From positions 1 to 27,824 of the forward strand of contig JAWAQR010000018.1 of the NCBI GenBank assembly GCA_038893835.1: 27,824 bases of DNA. Direction: 5' to 3'. Source of the stretch: Archaeoglobaceae archaeon. Its GTDB lineage: Archaea > Halobacteriota > Archaeoglobi > Archaeoglobales > Archaeoglobaceae. Shown here piece by piece: positions 26,708 to 27,824 of this stretch. Position numbers and translations under genes: made by a program. The notes beneath the pieces are model-generated. The model did not search any database. It was given only the letters and a program-made list of their open reading frames with translations, and had not been told where the DNA came from. How positions within the stretch are numbered: the stretch's first letter is position 1; the number at the start of each line of letters is the position of its first letter.

Positions 26708-27323
26708 ACTCCCTTATTTCCTTCGCAACCTCTCTTGGCCTTTCAGCAAGGTAAATGGCCCTACCAACTATGAGACCATCAGCATATTTTATTGCTTCAA
26801 AGCTTCCTCCTTGTGCTCCAATTCCTGGACAGAAAATCTTCATGTTTCCTGCAATTTCCCTAATCATCTTCAACTTTTCAATCCTCGTTGCAGGTGCTAT
26901 TAAGCCATGACAACCGATTTTCATAGCCTTTTTTGCAATTTCTAATGAGACGCTTTCCATGAACTCTCTTCCCCCCTCGCTGCTGAGTTCAGTTACAACG
27001 TATACCTCTCCATCGTATTTTTTTGATACGTTTAAAACCGCTTTTAGGGAATCGCTTCCAACAAAACCATGTACTATCACCGCTTTCGCCTCATTTCTAA
27101 ATGCTATGTCTGCTATTTTAGCACTTATATGCGGGACGTCGGCGATTTTTAAGTCCGCAATTACTGACTTAATTTCTGACAATTCAGACAAGATTTTGAC
27201 CCCAGCTGATAAAATAAGCGGATAGTTTACTTTAAATCTGTCGACGAGATCTGAAAGATTTTCAGCTATCTTCAGTGCAGCTTTCTTGTCTTCGATGTCA
27301 AGTGCTAGGATTAGTTCTTTCAT
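26685..27323 (-). CDS. pyrF: Orotidine-5'-phosphate decarboxylase
   Basis: [17 protein letters not shown] (DxKxxD), [18 protein letters not shown] and IVGRAIY. Confidence 0.95.
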   Translation of the reverse strand: MKELILALDIEDKKAALKIAENLSDLVDRFKVNYPLILSAGVKILSELSEIKSVIADLKIADVPHISAKIADIAFRNEAKAVIVHGFVGSDSLKAVLNVSKKYDGEVYVVTELSSEGGREFMESVSLEIAKKAMKIGCHGLIAPATRIEKLKMIREIAGNMKIFCPGIGAQGGSFEAIKYADGLIVGRAIYLAERPREVAKEIREYVQAHSI

Positions 27324-27403
27324 AAATTGCTTTTATACCAGAGAAGATAAAGTTTCCCAACCTTTAAAGAAAGACTTAAATAATCTTGAATACTCTGCAG
27401 CGC

Positions 27404-27697
27404 ATGGTCTGGGATCTATGGATAGTTCTCGTAATCCTCTTTTTGGGCATAGTTTACGGTTATAGGAGACCTGGAAAGGAAGATAGGGTTGCAATATTGA
27501 AAAAAGCAGTGCTCATAGGTGTGATAATTGGAGTTATTTTGGGGATACTGCTGGGAATTCTGAGTCCAGGTGTTTCTGTGATAGGTGCAACGATAGGTAC
27601 AACTATTGCAATGTTGGTAATAGCAGTAGTATTTGCTCTCTTCTTCATAACCGGTACCGTGATCGGCGATTTCTTGGAAAGAACTAAAAATAAATAA
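27404..27697 (+). CDS. Small three-TM hypothetical membrane protein with glycine zipper
   Basis: 97 aa: G..YGY.RPGKEDR, GVIIGVILGILLG and GT.IGDFLE. TATA-like CTTAAATA about 21 nt before ATG 27404. Confidence 0.75.
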   Translation: MVWDLWIVLVILFLGIVYGYRRPGKEDRVAILKKAVLIGVIIGVILGILLGILSPGVSVIGATIGTTIAMLVIAVVFALFFITGTVIGDFLERTKNK

Positions 27698-27718
27698 TAA
27701 TAAATTTTTAATTTTTTT
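27698..27718 (+). terminator. Possible T-rich terminator between convergent genes
   Basis: TTTTT and TTTTTTT tracts shortly after the stop at 27697. Confidence 0.35.
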
Positions 27719-27824
27719 AGAATATTGTTGGTGGTATATATTTGTGCGTCCCCTCAACAACCTCGATTCCAACTTTTTCCTTCACAGCCTTTAGGATATC
27801 ATCTTTTCTTGGACAGAAATTCAT
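27717..27824 (-). CDS. C-terminal end of a CGGC-domain protein (runs in from the right edge)
   Basis: Manual translation ...MNFCPRKDDILKAVKEKVGIEVVEGTHKYIPPTIF*; the CP...G.EVV.GTH pattern is typical of the CGGC domain C-terminus. Only 35 aa are visible. Confidence 0.65.
   Translation of the reverse strand: MNFCPRKDDILKAVKEKVGIEVVEGTHKYIPPTIF

Noticed and set aside
623-27772. Many antisense or alternative-frame ORFs in the track (e.g. 623-1132, 2378-2848, 14829-15290, 16285-16884, 17558-18052, 19243-19806, 24642-25013, 27416-27772)
   Set aside because: They lie over well-supported genes, are typically Ser/Phe/Ile-rich shadow frames and show no recognisable motifs.
1-27824. CRISPR array, IS element, intein or defence system
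   Set aside because: No regularly spaced repeats, terminal inverted repeats or transposase/nuclease motifs were seen; LonB and PyrG have normal lengths.

Overview
Gene-dense archaeal chromosomal window, most likely from Archaeoglobales. The Mtd, Sm2, LonB and Ino1 proteins and the gene orders epimerase/Sm2/wHTH/LonB and ino1/M42/phi/PiT/DUF47 resemble Archaeoglobus; this is recognition from memory, not a database search. It holds about 30 mostly housekeeping CDS, including two edge-truncated genes missing from the ORF track (an NrfD/PsrC-type membrane anchor at the left edge and a CGGC-domain C-terminus at the right edge), and one stand-alone tRNA-Ala(UGC). I saw no CRISPR array, integrase, transposase or long repeat. 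The best candidate for an undescribed system is 20.5-24.8 kb: a CODH-less CooC-type ATPase, a TsaA/YaeB SAM-binding protein and a FecBCD/BtuFCD-type ABC importer. Both transcription units carry the same 24-bp upstream element (TAATAAGAAA-N6-TTTTTTAT, NikR-operator-like). The importer also has a ~150-nt leader with an unannotated HxH-containing uORF coupled to the binding-protein start and with mutually exclusive base-pairing options. Other points: a TFE-beta/RPC34-like Fe-S winged-helix protein coupled to Sm2, a CdpB1-like PRC-barrel gene coupled to DUF1614, and a radical SAM / GT2-flippase / YYY glycosylation operon. All functional calls are motif-based.
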